64,000 nucleotides of DNA, taken from Vicugna vicugna. Taxonomy: Eukaryota. The first letter of the stretch is position 1, and each line of letters starts with the position of its first letter. The notes under the pieces are model-generated. The model did no database searches. It saw nothing but the letters and a program-made list of their open reading frames with translations, and was not told where the DNA came from. Of the stretch, positions 50,582 through 63,632 are shown piece by piece. A program made the translations under genes and the position numbers. The stretch covers positions 2,479,451-2,543,450 of the forward strand of contig MU058289.1 of assembly GCA_013265495.1 (NCBI GenBank). Direction: 5' to 3'.

Positions 50582-52678
50582 GTATGTCTCTGCGGGGGCT
50601 GCAGGGGATAGAGACCTGGCCCAGCCAGGTGGGACTGGTACCCCAGCTGAAGAAGGTCTTCGGGTCCTTCCCAGGCCCACCCTTGGTCTCATGAGCATGA
50701 AAGGGTCATCTTCTCACCCAGAAAATTGCTTGTGGGCTCAGACTCTGTCGCCTCCGTCTGAGTGTGACTTGTGTACACAGTGGTTAATAATTAATCTTTT
50801 CCAAATGAGTGGCCCCACAGATGGCAGTGAATGAACTGTTGCTTTGAACCTTATTTTGAAGATGAGAATAAGTTTTCTCCAACAGCGAGAATGTAGGCTT
50901 TTTCTTTTTCCCTTCCATCGGGCATACATATGACTCTCTGTACCTTTCTGTTGTGCTCCTTCTGCAAAGCTTACTCATCCGAGGTTGCTTGTCTCAGCCC
51001 CGTCCAGTGACACTTGGTACCAGCCTATAGAGGACTGGGAGCTGCCAGGCTGGGTGCAGTGGGCAGGCCTGTCTCGTGGGTCCTACTCCCCTCTAGTAGG
51101 AGTACTGTGTCCAGCAGTCTCTGCACGGGGAATGTGGGCACACGCAGCGGCACAGTGCACACCACAGCGTGATGCCTGAGCTGATTGCTCAGTTTCCCTC
51201 TGTGCCGGTCTTCCTCACTCTGCTTCCGGGTGTTCCCCCCACCCCCACCTCTCCGCTCCACAGAAAACCTTTTGGGGTATCTCACTTTGCTCTACGAGCC
51301 CATGAAGAACCACAGCTTTGCCATATTGGCTAATCATGGAATTGCTTGGTTAAAAATGCTTGATCCCTTGGGATGAAGCGACATACCGAAATTCCACGTG
51401 GGAGCCGATCTCTTTCATGTAAATCCTGTTCTGGGCTCATCTTTCTCTCTTGAGGAATCTTAAGCAGATACTCGTGGTGACCCGTCTCCAAGATGACAGA
51501 GATATGGGCAAAAATGAAGCTTGAGAAGAGACTAGGAGTGGATCCCAAAGGGGAGGAACCTGCCTGCAGCCACTGCCATCCTTCTGCAGGGCAGTTTATG
51601 GTTTTCAGCCAAACCAGAGGAACCAGTCAGATGGGATTCATGCTGGAGATTTTATTTCAGCTCCAGGTTCATTGTTGGTTAATGCTGTGACAGTTTTCTA
51701 TCATATAAAAAAGTCAGCTGAGGTCTACAGCATGAAAATTTCTGCTGGAGTGGCTGAGTTGATCCTTCTTGAGGTCCTGGGGGAGAAGCTCTGGATTTCT
51801 CAGTGACCCAGGGGTTAAATGTGAGTGTGTCCCCACTGAGAGCCCTTCAGTCCTCCTGTCTCCCTGCCCTCTGCTTTCACCTCCATCAAATGCCTAGTCA
51901 CGTGTGGAATTTCTCACAAGTGTCCCGGGTGAGACAGGAATGGACGGGTAGCAGGCTGGTTTCCCTGCCTGATACAGATATAAATGTTTCGGAGGAGAAT
52001 TGGGTTTTTGTTTTCTAACCATGGTAAAACACACAGAACAAAATTGCCATTTAAACCCTTTTTTAGAGCACTGCTCATTGGCATAAGTATATTCACATTG
52101 TTGTGCAATTACCCGTCTCCAGAACTTTCTCATCATCCCGAACTGGAACTCTGTGCCTATTGAACACTAACTCTCCATTCCCTCCTCCCTCCAGTGCCTG
52201 GGAAACACCGTGCTGCTTCCTGACTCTATGAATTTTTACTATTCCAGACACTTCATCTCAGTAGAATCATACAGTATTTGGTATTTCACTTAGCGTAGTG
52301 TCTTCATTCGTGTTGTAGCGTGTGTCAGAACTGCCTTTTCAAGGCTGAAGATACTCCATTGTACGTATGTACCACATTTTGTTTATCTGCATATCTGTTG
52401 ATGGACATTTGAGTTGTTTTTTTGGCTTTTGGGAATAATGCCGCCATGAGCATTCCTGTACAAGTATCCGTTTAAGTCTCTGCATTTCAACTCTGCCGGG
52501 TTATACCTAGGAGAGAAATTGCTGGATCTTATGGTAATTGACATTCAGATTTTTTTTATTTAGAGATGCTTCATGACACCAGTTATATATTTTTGCTTCT
52601 GTCATTTTCGATACTTCTTAGCAGCATGGTGGAATAAATCTGATCCCCAACTAATGTGCAAAACCTTCCCACTTGTAG

Positions 52679-52866
52679 GAGTCTTAAACTACTTGAAAGA
52701 GACATTTACTCACACTCCGAGTTACGACATGAGTCCCGCTATGCTCAGTGTGCTGGTCAAAATGATGCTCGCACAAGCCCACGAATGCATGTTTGAGAAA
52801 GTCTGCCTTCCCGGGATCCAGAACGAGTTCTTCGTGCTGGTGAAGGTGGCTCAGGAGGCTGCCAAG
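52679..52866 (+). CDS. RHPN2: RHPN2 exon 8 (188 nt)
   Basis: ttgtag|[64 protein letters not shown]|gtaagc. Confidence 0.96.
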
Positions 52867-53273
52867 GTAAGCCTCTCTGCTTCCTGTGACTCGCGGGGTG
52901 GGCGAGGTGCACTGGTGTGGGCCCACTGGAAGCAGTGGGGACTTCCCACGGCAGCTTGCCCGTGACCTGGGCAGCATGCCCGCCCCGGCTGGCCAGAGTG
53001 CCGGCTTGCGTTTTCTTGGCAAATAACGGCGTTTCAGATACGGATCACTGCTTCCATCTGCAGCTTAGCCTAAAAACCAGCATAATGACGGTGGCCTGAT
53101 CACCCTGTTCACTCTGACAGGGACAGCACTAGGAGCCCTTGGAGTGGCTCCCAGATTGCGGAGTGGCCTCTGGCAGGGGCTGCTGCGTAGAAGAAAGGGC
53201 TCTTCTTCTGCAGCCTGGGGACGTGAAGGGCCCTGTGCCAGGCTCCCCCTTGCCAGTGTTCCTTCTGTTTTAG

Positions 53274-53430
53274 GTGGGAGAGGTCTATCAGCAGCTGCAC
53301 ACAGCCATGAACCAGGAGCCGGTGAAGGAGAACATCCCCTACTCCTGGGCCAGCCTGGCCTGCGTGAAGGCCCACCACTATGAAGCCCTCGCCCACTACT
53401 TTGCAGCCACCCTCCTCGTCGACCACCAGC
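53274..53430 (+). CDS. RHPN2: RHPN2 exon 9 (157 nt)
   Basis: gttttag|VGEVYQQLHTAMNQEPVKENIPYSWASLACVKAHHYEALAHYFAATLLVDHQ C|gtaagg. Confidence 0.96.
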
Positions 53431-53689
53431 GTAAGGCTTGGCCGCTCAGGGTGCCGGGCTCTGGTCAGGGTTGCAGTTTTGCTGCCTCTGGGCGATTCTG
53501 AGAGCTGTCTGCCTGTCCTCGAGATGCTCACAGCCTGGGGGCATAGGGTGGGAGTTACATGTTGGCCCAGTGACTGTCACACAGAGTGGGATTAGGGGTT
53601 ATGGATTACTGCTGTTGGAGGAAGAGCGGTAGTGTTAATTGTGCCTGGGTTGGAGCAGACAGCTTGACGAGGATGACGTTTCACTTGGA

Positions 53690-54045
53690 ATCTAGGACCA
53701 GTGAGGCATTCGACTCGGGCACCAAACCTAAGGGGATGCCCATAAACTTAGCAGCCGAGACAATACTTTAACATAATAATTGTCGATGAATCAAAACTAA
53801 TGCAAAAAAAAAATCCACAGTGCTTAAAATTTTAAATGAAGACACAGATTCATAACAGTGCTGTCCTGAGCCACACTGGAGCCTGAAACAAAAAGAAATT
53901 TTGATGATTTGTTCATCATGAATATTTTTGCATTAGTTTTGATATTTAGAAGATTGCATTAAAATATTGCTGAGTTTGGGGCACCCCTTAAACTTTCAGC
54001 CTGAAGTGAGTGCCTCACTCTCCTCACCTTCTTCTTGGTTCTAAT
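53690..54045. mobile_element. MER96B-like hAT transposon relic
   Basis: Degenerate inverted ends gtgaggca...taagggg and ccccttaaa...tgcctcactctcctcacc. Confidence 0.55.
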
Positions 54046-54099
54046 CTGAGGTTGGGTGGCACTTTTGTTGGCAATTAGTGCTAATCAAGGCAGCCCTTA

Positions 54100-54340
54100 G
54101 AGTAACGAAAAGGATAACCTCTGGGGCCAGACTGCCTGGGGTCATATGTCAGCCCTGCCATTTACTGGTTGTGTGATCTTGGGTAAGTTACATAGCTGTT
54201 CTGTGCCTCCATTTTCTCATCTGTAAAATGGGGCTGTGAATAGAGCCGATCTCACAGGCTGTTGTGAAAACTAAGTGCCTATATATGAAGCAAGACAGTG
54301 CCTTGTATGTAATGGACTCTCTGAGGGTGTTAGCTGCTGC
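54100..54340 (+). mobile_element. MIR SINE
   Basis: gtgtgatcttgggtaagttac...ctgtgcctccattttctcatctgtaaaatggg. Confidence 0.8.
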
Positions 54341-54955
54341 TGGTAGTGTCATATAATCTATTAGGCGGGACGAGTCATGAAAACCAGTGGAAACATAGCG
54401 CTTCAGTCATTGTGATAGGAACACTAATAAGGCAGCAGTTGGAGTCCTTGGTGTAGTCATGGATGGTTCCTCAGAGGTGGTGCCACTTGAGTTGGACTTG
54501 GAACTCTGAGGAGGACTGTTCCAGCTGAACAGGGAGGGAAAGGACGGCTAGAATGAGAACACGATCTGAGTGAGCCCTGGAATGGAGACTGGAAGTGTTG
54601 CGTGGTTTGGTGAGGTTAAGGGCACACATGCCAGGGAGGGTGCATGCACAGAGGCCACCAGAGGCTTGAAGCAGGTCTGTGCCTGGAGGTTCATGGGATG
54701 GGTGACTTGGAGGAGGTTGAGAGTGGGAACTCAGAGCCAAATTGTGAGCCCCTAGCGTGTGGCAGGCCCCGTGCACAGAGACCTGTGGGCTGGATTGCCT
54801 GGGGGTGTGTAGGGATGGACAGGAGACCTGTTATCCCACGTGCCTTGCAGAGCTGGAGAAGGGAACCAGATGTGATTGAAAGAGGGATCTCTGAGTGGGT
54901 CTGTGGTGCTGTCTCCAGAGCTCAGAAGGGCTGTATCCTGTGGTTCTCATTGCAG

Positions 54956-55075
54956 TGAAGCCTGGCACAGATGAGGACCACCAGGAGAAGTGCCTGTCCG
55001 AGCTCTATGACCACATGCCAGAGGGACTGACACCCTTGGCCACGCTGAAAAACATTCACCAGCGCCAACAGCTGG
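54956..55075 (+). CDS. RHPN2: RHPN2 exon 10 (120 nt)
   Basis: ttgcag|TG KPGTDEDHQEKCLSELYDHMPEGLTPLATLKNIHQRQQL G|gtgcgt. Confidence 0.96.
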
Positions 55076-55379
55076 GTGCGTGTCGGCTCTCCTGCTCCCT
55101 GTGCCCCATCCGATGCCCAGCAGCTCCTGCTCATGGACACCCCCAGATAGGTCCCCAGGGCAGGGCCCTGAGAGTAGGGCTTCCTGAGTCATTGTGGCCA
55201 CTCTGGATTCAGACACCCTGAGGTGTAGTCCTCTAGCCTCAGCTGGCTTCCAAGGCTGTGTCCTCACAGGTCCCATGAGGGACCAGGCCTCCCATGGTCA
55301 AGCCAGAGCTTTGGCAGTCTTCCAGCACCCTAGTGGTCCAGGGGACGGTCCTTGGTCATCCTAATCCGGAAGGATGCGT

Positions 55380-56352
55380 TTCTTATGCCATACCTACGAG
55401 CTGGTCATAAATTGTCCTGGCTTGGTCTCTAACAAGTCTCAGAGTGAGTATCTCTTTCCATTGGAAAACCTGAATTCTTCCACCACCCAAACCTGCCCCC
55501 GATCCCACACAGTTTCCCCATCTCGGTGGTAAATCCATCGCTCTAGGTGTGCAGGCCAGCAACTTTGGACTCACTCTCTGCCCACATCTTTCTTTCTCAC
55601 CTGCTATTTGATTAGCAGATTTGGGAAAACACATCCCAAATCTGACCACTTCTTACCTACCACCTGATCCAAGCCATGCTTATGTAGTGCTTTCTTAACA
55701 AACCTTGACTCACTTAAACCTCACACAACCCTAAGAGATGCATATGGTATGATCCCCGTTTTTCATTTAAGGAAACGGAGGCCCAGAGAGGCTGCATGGC
55801 TTGCCTAGCTTTTTGCCAGAAGCCCTTGTGGACTCCCATCTCACCCAGAAGGAGCAGAAGTCCTCACCTGCACTTCTGTGGTTGGACATGGTCTGGCCCT
55901 TGCTCCTCTCTGGCCTCGTTGCCTACCCTTCTCTCCAGCCCTCACTCCCTGTAGCTGAACTCCCAACTCTTTGTTGTCCACTCGGGCAGGTTCCTGCCCC
56001 AGGGCCTTTGCACTCGCTGCTGTTCTTCTAGGAATGCTCTGTCGGATATCCTCATGACCGCTGCTTCACTTCAGGGCTCTGCTTAAAAATTACCTTTCAA
56101 AAGAGATTTTTCTGATCACCCACCATAGCAAGGCAACTCCCCTTTCCCCATCCTCTCATGCCATGAATGCCTACGCTGCTTTATTTTTCTCCAGAACTTT
56201 ATTGTCACATGAGCCATCACCTGTTTCTTTGCTTGTTAATTATCTGTCTTCAACTACTAGCATGTAAACTCCGTGTATGCAGAGGCTGGTTTTTCTTTAT
56301 TGCTTTATCTCTAGTGCCTTGAACATTCGGTAAATGTTTGCTGAATGAATGT
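55380..56352 (+). mobile_element. L2 relic with nested MIR
   Basis: cagggcctttgcactcgctg...taaatgtttgctgaatgaatg terminus. Confidence 0.7.
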
Positions 56353-56534
56353 ATTGTAGACACAGGTGAGCACATTGCACATGCATTTAAGAGGGACTGG
56401 AGCCGTCCAGGCAGATTCTTCAGGAACGAGAACGTCCACTTTCTGGGCTAACCCTTGGGCACTCGGGCTCTCCTTGAGGTACTCCTGTTGCAGTTCACGA
56501 CGGGTGTCCCATGGTGTTGATTTTCTGTGGGTAG

Positions 56535-56729
56535 GCAAGGCGCACCTGTGCAGAGCCATCACCCACCACGAGGAGTCCATGAGAGAGGCAAGCCTGTGCA
56601 AGAAACTCCGGAACATCGAGGTGCTGCCAGAGGTGCTGTCTGCGGCACACCAGCGGTCCCAGCTCAAGTACACTCAGCTTCGTGAGGACGATGACCTGCT
56701 GGACTTGATGGACGCCCCCAGCATCATCT
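56535..56729 (+). CDS. RHPN2: RHPN2 exon 11 (195 nt)
   Basis: ttttctgtgggtag|GC KAHLCRAITHHEESMREASLCKKLRNIEVLPEVLSAAHQRSQLKYTQLREDDDLLDLMDAPSII T|gtgagt. Confidence 0.95.
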
Positions 56730-57304
56730 GTGAGTGGCCTGGGTGCTGGGGCCAGGTGCAGAGTGCCCCTGGCTCTCATTTGCTCGCTGTGTGCCAGGCC
56801 CTGGGACGGGGCCACGTGCTGCTCTTGCCCTGGACTTGTCACCTCCTCATTCCCAGATCCAGGACCTTCATTATGATCTTTGTCCTCGTCAACCCCTTGG
56901 TGGCAGCTGACCACCTCCTGCCCTGTAACACCCTCCTGTGGGGTTGGGGGCTTGCCGCCCCAGTCCTACTGCCACTTCCCTCCACCCTTTTTGCTGTCTT
57001 GCCCAGGGTCCCCCCACCCTTCCTGGCATTCTTGAGGGTCTTCTCTCCCTGGTTTGCTTCCTCTAAATCCCTTTCCTGAAAGTCTCACAACCTCCTTTGG
57101 GGTTCCAGCCATCACCGCTTGTCAGGAGACCCCTGGAACTGCCTTTCGCCTTGAGGCTTTTCCTGCACTACCCACCCCTCCCCCAGATCACCTGCCTTCT
57201 GGGAAACTGTGCTTGGCTCTCTGTCTTTCACCTCTGGCTCCATGGTTTGAAAGCCAACTGCATCCTTCATCCTGCTCCATCTTTCATCGGCACCAACATT
57301 TCTT

Positions 57305-57430
57305 TTTCCTTTGGTAGGGTGGGGTGGGGATTCAAGTTTATTTATTTATTTTTGATGGGGGTCCTGGGGACTGAACCCAGGACCTCGTGGACGCTAGGCA
57401 TGCACTCTACCACTGAGCTATACCCTCCCC
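57305..57430 (-). mobile_element. Vic-1-type SINE
   Basis: ggggactgaacccaggacc...ctctaccactgagctataccctcccc. Confidence 0.8.
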
Positions 57431-57710
57431 TCCAACCCAGAACTTTGTGCTGAAAGCATGCTACTTCCCTAACAGCCACACCTGAAACGTAGGTCGCTTC
57501 TCGGTAGGATTTCATTTGTGCCAGAGGACGTCCACTAGAATATAAATATGCTCCTTAAAGGCAGGCAGTTTGTCTCATTGTCACTGCTGTGTCCCAGCCC
57601 CAGAGCAGGGTATGGCTTATGGTAGGTACCCAAATGGACTTAGACCTGAGTTTTCAAGGACAACTTTCAATGACAGAAACATTTGTGCCTTCACTTTTAA
57701 TCTTTTCCAG

Positions 57711-57787
57711 CTAAAGCTGAGAAAGAGGTTGAAATTATACTGCCCCAGTTCTCCAAAGTGACAGTAACGGACTTCTTCCAAAAGCTG
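57711..57787 (+). CDS. RHPN2: RHPN2 exon 12 (77 nt)
   Basis: ttttccag|CT KAEKEVEIILPQFSKVTVTDFFQKL|gtatgt. Confidence 0.96.
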
Positions 57788-58126
57788 GTATGTCGAACAT
57801 TTATTTCATAATGACATGAGAGGACAATTTTTTTTTAATAAGTTGCAAGGTGGTAAAAGGCTATTTTTAGGTGTTTTAAATTTTTTAATTAGAGATGTGA
57901 TATGACTTTAATTAAGATAATTTTAAAAAGAACTTTAAGTATATTGCATCTTTTAGAGAAAATGTTCTTGTATGACTTGCTGTGCATGTGTTGTCCCAGA
58001 CAGTGTCATTGGTCTCTGAGCAGGGCCAAATAAAATCTGTAAGCACAACAAGGCCACATTTCCTTTAGTTTTCAAGTGCTCGATTCAGCCTTCAGATCCT
58101 ACATCTAATGACACTGTGTTCCACAG

Positions 58127-58273
58127 GGCCCTTTATCTGTGTTCTCGGCTAACAAGAGATGGACGCCTCCTCGAAACATTCACTTCACTGCAGAGGGAGG
58201 GGACTTGGGGTTCACCCTGAGAGGGAACTCCCCAGTTCAAGTCCACTTCCTGGATCCATCCAGCTCTGCTGCG
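58127..58273 (+). CDS. RHPN2: RHPN2 exon 13 (147 nt, PDZ start)
   Basis: ccacag|GPLSVFSANKRWTPPRNIHFTAEGGDLGFTLRGNSPVQVHFLDPSSSAA|gtaagt. Confidence 0.96.
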
Positions 58274-58580
58274 GTAAGTGTGGACCCTTCTAGCCGGGGA
58301 GCAAAACTCACTGGCATCTTTGCAGGCAGCTGAAATGGTAAAATACACAGAGAGCTGCCCAAACAGATCTGGGTGAATGAATTTAGGGTTCCTCTCTGTG
58401 AAAGGCCTGGCTTTATGTAAAAAGCCTCTCATGCCTTTTCTTTCCAAAAGAGAAAAAGATTAATTTTTGCCTTCTTGAAGTAAACTCATGCAGATTAGTA
58501 TTTTGTTAACGAACCTGGGAACTGCCTCAGGGATTTGAATGAACAGAACATTGACCTTTGTTTAAACCACACTTTTATAG

Positions 58581-58736
58581 GAGGCAGGCGCCAGGGAAGG
58601 GGATTATATTATTTCCATTCAAAATGTGGATTGTAAGTGGCTGACACTGAGTGAGGTGATGAAATTGCTGAAGAGCTTTGGCGAGAACGGCATTGAGATG
58701 AAGGTCGTGAGCCTCCTCGACTCCATGTCGTCCGTG
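58581..58736 (+). CDS. RHPN2: RHPN2 exon 14 (156 nt, PDZ)
   Basis: ttttatag|EAGAREGDYIISIQNVDCKWLTLSEVMKLLKSFGENGIEMKVVSLLDSMSSV|gtgagt. Confidence 0.95.
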
Positions 58737-59254
58737 GTGAGTGCCCGTGCCCCTCCCCTGGCAGTAAATAGGGGCGTGGAGTGGCGTCAGCGTGAGTCCA
58801 GCCCCAGTGGTCCTTACAGGGACCCCTGCCTCCTGTCTGCATCTGTGACAGGTCACAAATGACTGAACTCTTAACATCACTGGGATGTTCTCACCTTGGG
58901 TCCGAGAGATCATTTGGAAAACTTTTTCAAAATCCTATAGATAAAAGAACCCATTGATTTATTTTTTCTGATTTAATTCTTTTTAGTTACAAAAGTAGTA
59001 CATATTCATGGTTAAAAAAATACATACACAGATGGTACAGAAGGGCTGAAGATGATGTGGGAAGACCCTCTCTGCACATCAGAGACGGTGTTAGCGGTTT
59101 CCTGTGAGATCCTGGGGAGTGTCTGAGCCGGGGCAAGTCCCTGTGCAGTGCAGTGTCACATCCCCATTTCCCCAGGTGGGAGGAATCGTCCCATACACAC
59201 TCTTCTGCCCTTGCCGCATTTAATTATGGACCTTGGACGCTTCCCTCTGCAACA

Positions 59255-60540
59255 GTTCATGTATTCATTCAACAAATATTGATTGACTATCAACTGTGTG
59301 CCAGGCCCTCCTTAGGTGTTGGAGCTACTGCTGGAACTCAACAGCTAAGGTCCCTGCCCCCACAAAGCTGGCGCTAAATAAGCAAATAAGGGATTGTGGT
59401 TTTGATAAATGCTGTAAAGGAAGTAAGACGTGTAACAGGCTGGAATGACTGGGGGTGGGAGAGGCCTGGGCAGGGCTTGTACTGAGACTTGAGCGATGAG
59501 GAGGAACCAGCCATTTGAAAGAGGTACAAGAACAGCTTGTGGGCAGAGGGCACCAACAGGTGCTGAGACCCTGTGGCAGGAATGAGCCTCACCTGCTAGA
59601 GGAACAAAAAGAAGGGCTTTGAGCTTAGCATCATGACAAGGGCAAGGGTGGCCGGAAGTGAGGTGGGAGGAAGGCAGGGCCTCACTGGTCATGGAGGGAG
59701 TTTGAAAGCCACTGAACCTTTTAAGAAAGGGAGTGATATGGTGTGATGGTTTATTTGGAAGGATGTCGCTGCCTGGAGGCTGGCTGGGTGGTTGCAGAGT
59801 GAACTAACTGGCTGTGGCTGTCATCCAGGCCCGTGATGTTAGCAGCTTAACACTAGGGGGTGACAGTGGAGGTGGAGAGGGGGGTGGTGCACCTGAGACA
59901 TATTTTCGAGGTAGACAGCCAATAGGGATTTGTAGATGATTTGTGTAAAAAAGATGGTGGAAAGAGAGAGGACGCCTCAGTTTGGAGCTTGAACAACTGC
60001 ATCACTTTTCATAATGAAGGGAAACGGGGCGGGGGTGAGGGAGGCAGAGGAAAGAGAAAACACGTGTTGAGCTCTGAATGTTTCATGTGCCGTCAGACAT
60101 CCAGATGTACGTGTAAAGCAGGCAGCTGGGTGTTAAAATCTTCAGTTCAAGGGAGAAGTCAGAGCTAGAAATAAATATTTGAGGATCATCAACATAGAGA
60201 TGACATTTAAAGCTGTAAGATACTAAATGAAATGACCCTCAAGGGGCTGAGGGCCAAGGACTGAACCCTGAGATACCGCAAGCATCTGGAGTTCAGTTAG
60301 AAGAGCAATGGGTGCGAAGGAGAGTTCAGACAGGTAGGATAAAAAGGAGCTGCTGAGAACAAGAGAGAATCCTGCCTGGAGGGAGCAGTGGTTGCAATGA
60401 ACACAGCTGAGAGGTGGAAAATGAGGGACGCAGAGCCCTGTCTCATATATTTGGCAGCAGGACAAAAAGACACTTTTCCTGGAGAAATGGCAACAGAAGT
60501 CAGACTAGAGAGGGTTGGAGAGTGAGTGAGTGTGTGATTG
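59255..60540 (-). mobile_element. L2 relic
   Basis: attcattcaacaaatattgattga...tgtgccagg terminus and downstream L2 body. Confidence 0.7.
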
Positions 60541-61965
60541 CCTTGGTAAGAAATGTCCAGAATGGGCAACTCCATAGAAACAGAATGTAGATTAGTGTTT
60601 GCTGGGGAACGGGGAGGAACTGCTGGTGGGTACAAGGTTTCTCTTTGAGGAGAAGGGGGTGGGTGGGAATGTTCTGACATTCATAGTGGTGGCAGACACA
60701 CAGCTCTGACTATACTAAAAATCACTGGATTGTATTAAAATAGTGAATTTTAGGTTCGTGAATTACATCTCAATTTAAAAAAGAAGATAAAGAAGTCAGG
60801 GAATGCACAGAGCATCCTGGGGGAAGGGATCGTGAGGGATGCCACTTTAAGGGGTGGAATCCATAGATTTACTGGGCTAGTGATCAAGGCCCCCACCAGA
60901 AACAAAAGAAGTTTGTCTCAAAGGAGGGTAAATAAAAGTGCTGGGCTCTGTCTGGCCTGAGGCGCTGGAGTAGAGGCGCAACCAGAGGACGTGCGGCTGA
61001 GAGAGCAGCCCTGCCCCTGAAAAGAGACTGAAAGGCTTCTCTGTTAGCCCCGTCACACCTTTGAACCAGGCCAACCAAGAATCTGATGTAGAGGTTAGAG
61101 CCAGGATTCTGTACTCAGACTGCCTGCGTTTGAATCCTGGCTTTCACCAGTTCTATGACCTTGGGCATCAGGGAACTGCTCAGGAAAATGGAGGAAACTG
61201 TGCCGAGCCGGGTACACATTTCAGTTCATAATAGGTGTTGTAATAGTCATCGCCATGATGTGGTTATCCTTTTCACCCAGCATGGACTTTAGATAATGAC
61301 AGACGAGTGCTGTTTTTAACTGCCGAGCCTTTTCTGTAAACAACGGGAACGATAAAGTCCAGTGCTGTGGCTGAAATCGGTTGCCTTCTACCAGCTCTCT
61401 CTGGATGATGGTGGGGAACCCTAGTGCTTACTCCTCCTTGGAGCTCCCCTTTTTTTCTCCCATGGAGCCCATTTTGATGACTCCTGGTGTAGTGGCAAGA
61501 ATCCCAGGCTTGGAATCAAAGACCTGGAATCAGGCCCTGTCTGCTATTAACAAGCTGTGTGACCTTTAGCAGGTTAATACCCTCCTTAGTCCTCATTGTC
61601 CTCATCTGTATAATCTGAGGCTCAGACTAGTGCAGTGGTTTCCAGCTGTGCTCCCACAGAGCTCTGAGAGTTTGAGAGGCACCCCAGGAAGATTTGGGGA
61701 GTGGACAGTGGGGAGCATGCTGGATGAGGACAGGAAAAGAAGTGAACGGGAGGAAGGGAGCAGAGACATTGCCCTGGTAGCTAGGAGGGGGGACATAGAG
61801 GAACGCTTTTCAAAGGTGTGTGTGTCGATAGCACCGTGAACTTGTGTGCTGATGGGAAAGGTTTGGGAGACAGGAATGTAGGAAGGAGGCGATACCCAGA
61901 GGAGAGAGGGCGTGAGATCCAGGCACACGGGAGGGCAAGTCTTTGGAGACAGATGCAGGTAAGTA

Positions 61966-62110
61966 CAGTTGGCCCTCCGTGTCCACGGGTTCTGCATTCT
62001 TGGGTTCAATGAACTGTGGATCATTTTATATGATGCATTTGAGCATCCATGGCTTTTGGCATCTGCCGGGCATGTTGGAGCCCTTCCACATGGACATCAG
62101 GGCACGACTG
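61966..62110. mobile_element. MER2/Tigger-type MITE (internally deleted)
   Basis: TA|CAGTTGGCCCTCCGT...GGGCACGACTG|TA: terminal inverted repeats with TA target duplication. Confidence 0.75.
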
Positions 62111-63632
62111 TATAAAGCAAGGGTATCAGGAGGGCACGTGAGGGGCTTGAGAGAAGGAATGTAGGAGAAAAGGAATAAAGTTACTAGGGAAATGTAGGAG
62201 CACCAGGTAATGAGGTGCCTTGTAGAGGTTTGGGGTCGGCATTAGAATTTCAAGGGAAGCCAGTTGGCTTGGTAAATATCCTCCAGGAATGTGTGGCTTT
62301 TTGGATGCAGGTTTGGGGGAGACAGAGGATAGAGTTGACATTTCCTGGCTTACAGTTGCTGGTGGAAGAGAATCGAGGGTATTTATGAGGGAGTGGTTAT
62401 AATGATGCATAATGGACACTAAGCAGGTTAAAGTCGAAAAATGTTTGCAGGCATCAAATCTACCTCCAGGACTGTTTGTTTTATTATTGTTTTTAATAAT
62501 AGCATGTGTGTCAGGTAGAGCATGGTGGGATTAATGGGCAGTTTTATAGAAAAAGGAGAGGCAACTTCATCCAGAGGGGCCAAACTCAAGAGGGACATTT
62601 TACAGTGAATACCCCTCCTTTATTGCTGCATCACCCAAATTCCCCTCCTGGATTTATATTGTGAACAGTGTGCCCAACCACTTTCAATATAGTGCATGTA
62701 TACTTATATATATGGCCTGATTTCAGTGCCTGGCACATGGTAGATGGTCAGTAAACATTTGAGCAAAGTAATCTCAATGTTAGGCACACCTTAGAAGCAG
62801 GTGATAACTTACGTGGAAGTGTTTAGAAAGCAGCCTCCTTCCCATTTCCTATTTAACTCCGACACGATCCTTTAAAAGTTCATGGTAGTGGTTGGTGGGT
62901 ATGGAGTTCACTTGGGGAAGATGGAAAAGTTCTGCAGGTGGATGACGGTGATGGTTACACAACAATGTGAATGTACTTAATACCACTGAACTACAGTCAA
63001 ATAATGGTTAATGGTCAATTTTATGTATATTTCACCAGTTTTTAAAATGGGGAAAAGTTAATCACATCGACACCATAGATTCTGTACTGTCTTTAAAGAG
63101 AGTGAAGTTGACCTCTACCTATCGGTAGGGGCTGAAATCCAGGATACGTTAAGCAGAGAAAGCAGGGTGCAGACCAGTGTGTGTGTGATTCTTAAGGAAA
63201 GACAAATGGTGCTGCGTGCTTCTGCACCACATCAATACCTGTGTATGGACGTTATCTTTAAAGTATAACAGACAGTGGTGACCTCAGGGGAATGACCTGA
63301 AAGCTGGGCTGGGAGGGACACCTCCTTTCACCTTATGCATTTTCATATTACTGACCATAAGTATGTATTACTTTTTCAAATATAAATATAACCTTAAAAA
63401 GTCGATACTGGTCATTAGCCTAAATCACGACTACTGAGCACATTCCTTAAAAACTGTCCTTGTTTTTAAGAACCTAATTCTACAAGCGTTAGTCACCGAG
63501 TTTCGGAATTATACCAACTGAGTTTTAAAAAGGATGCTGTAAGCGTGGAATGGGAATCTGAAAACTTGGCAGTCATTTCTCGGACATCTTTGAGGGTTTC
63601 TAACACCCTTCTCCTTCCTTTTCCATGTGCAG

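Noticed and set aside
56366..57079. 237-aa ORF
   Set aside because: It is RHPN2 exon 11 plus in-frame flanking intron; splice sites delimit the real coding part.
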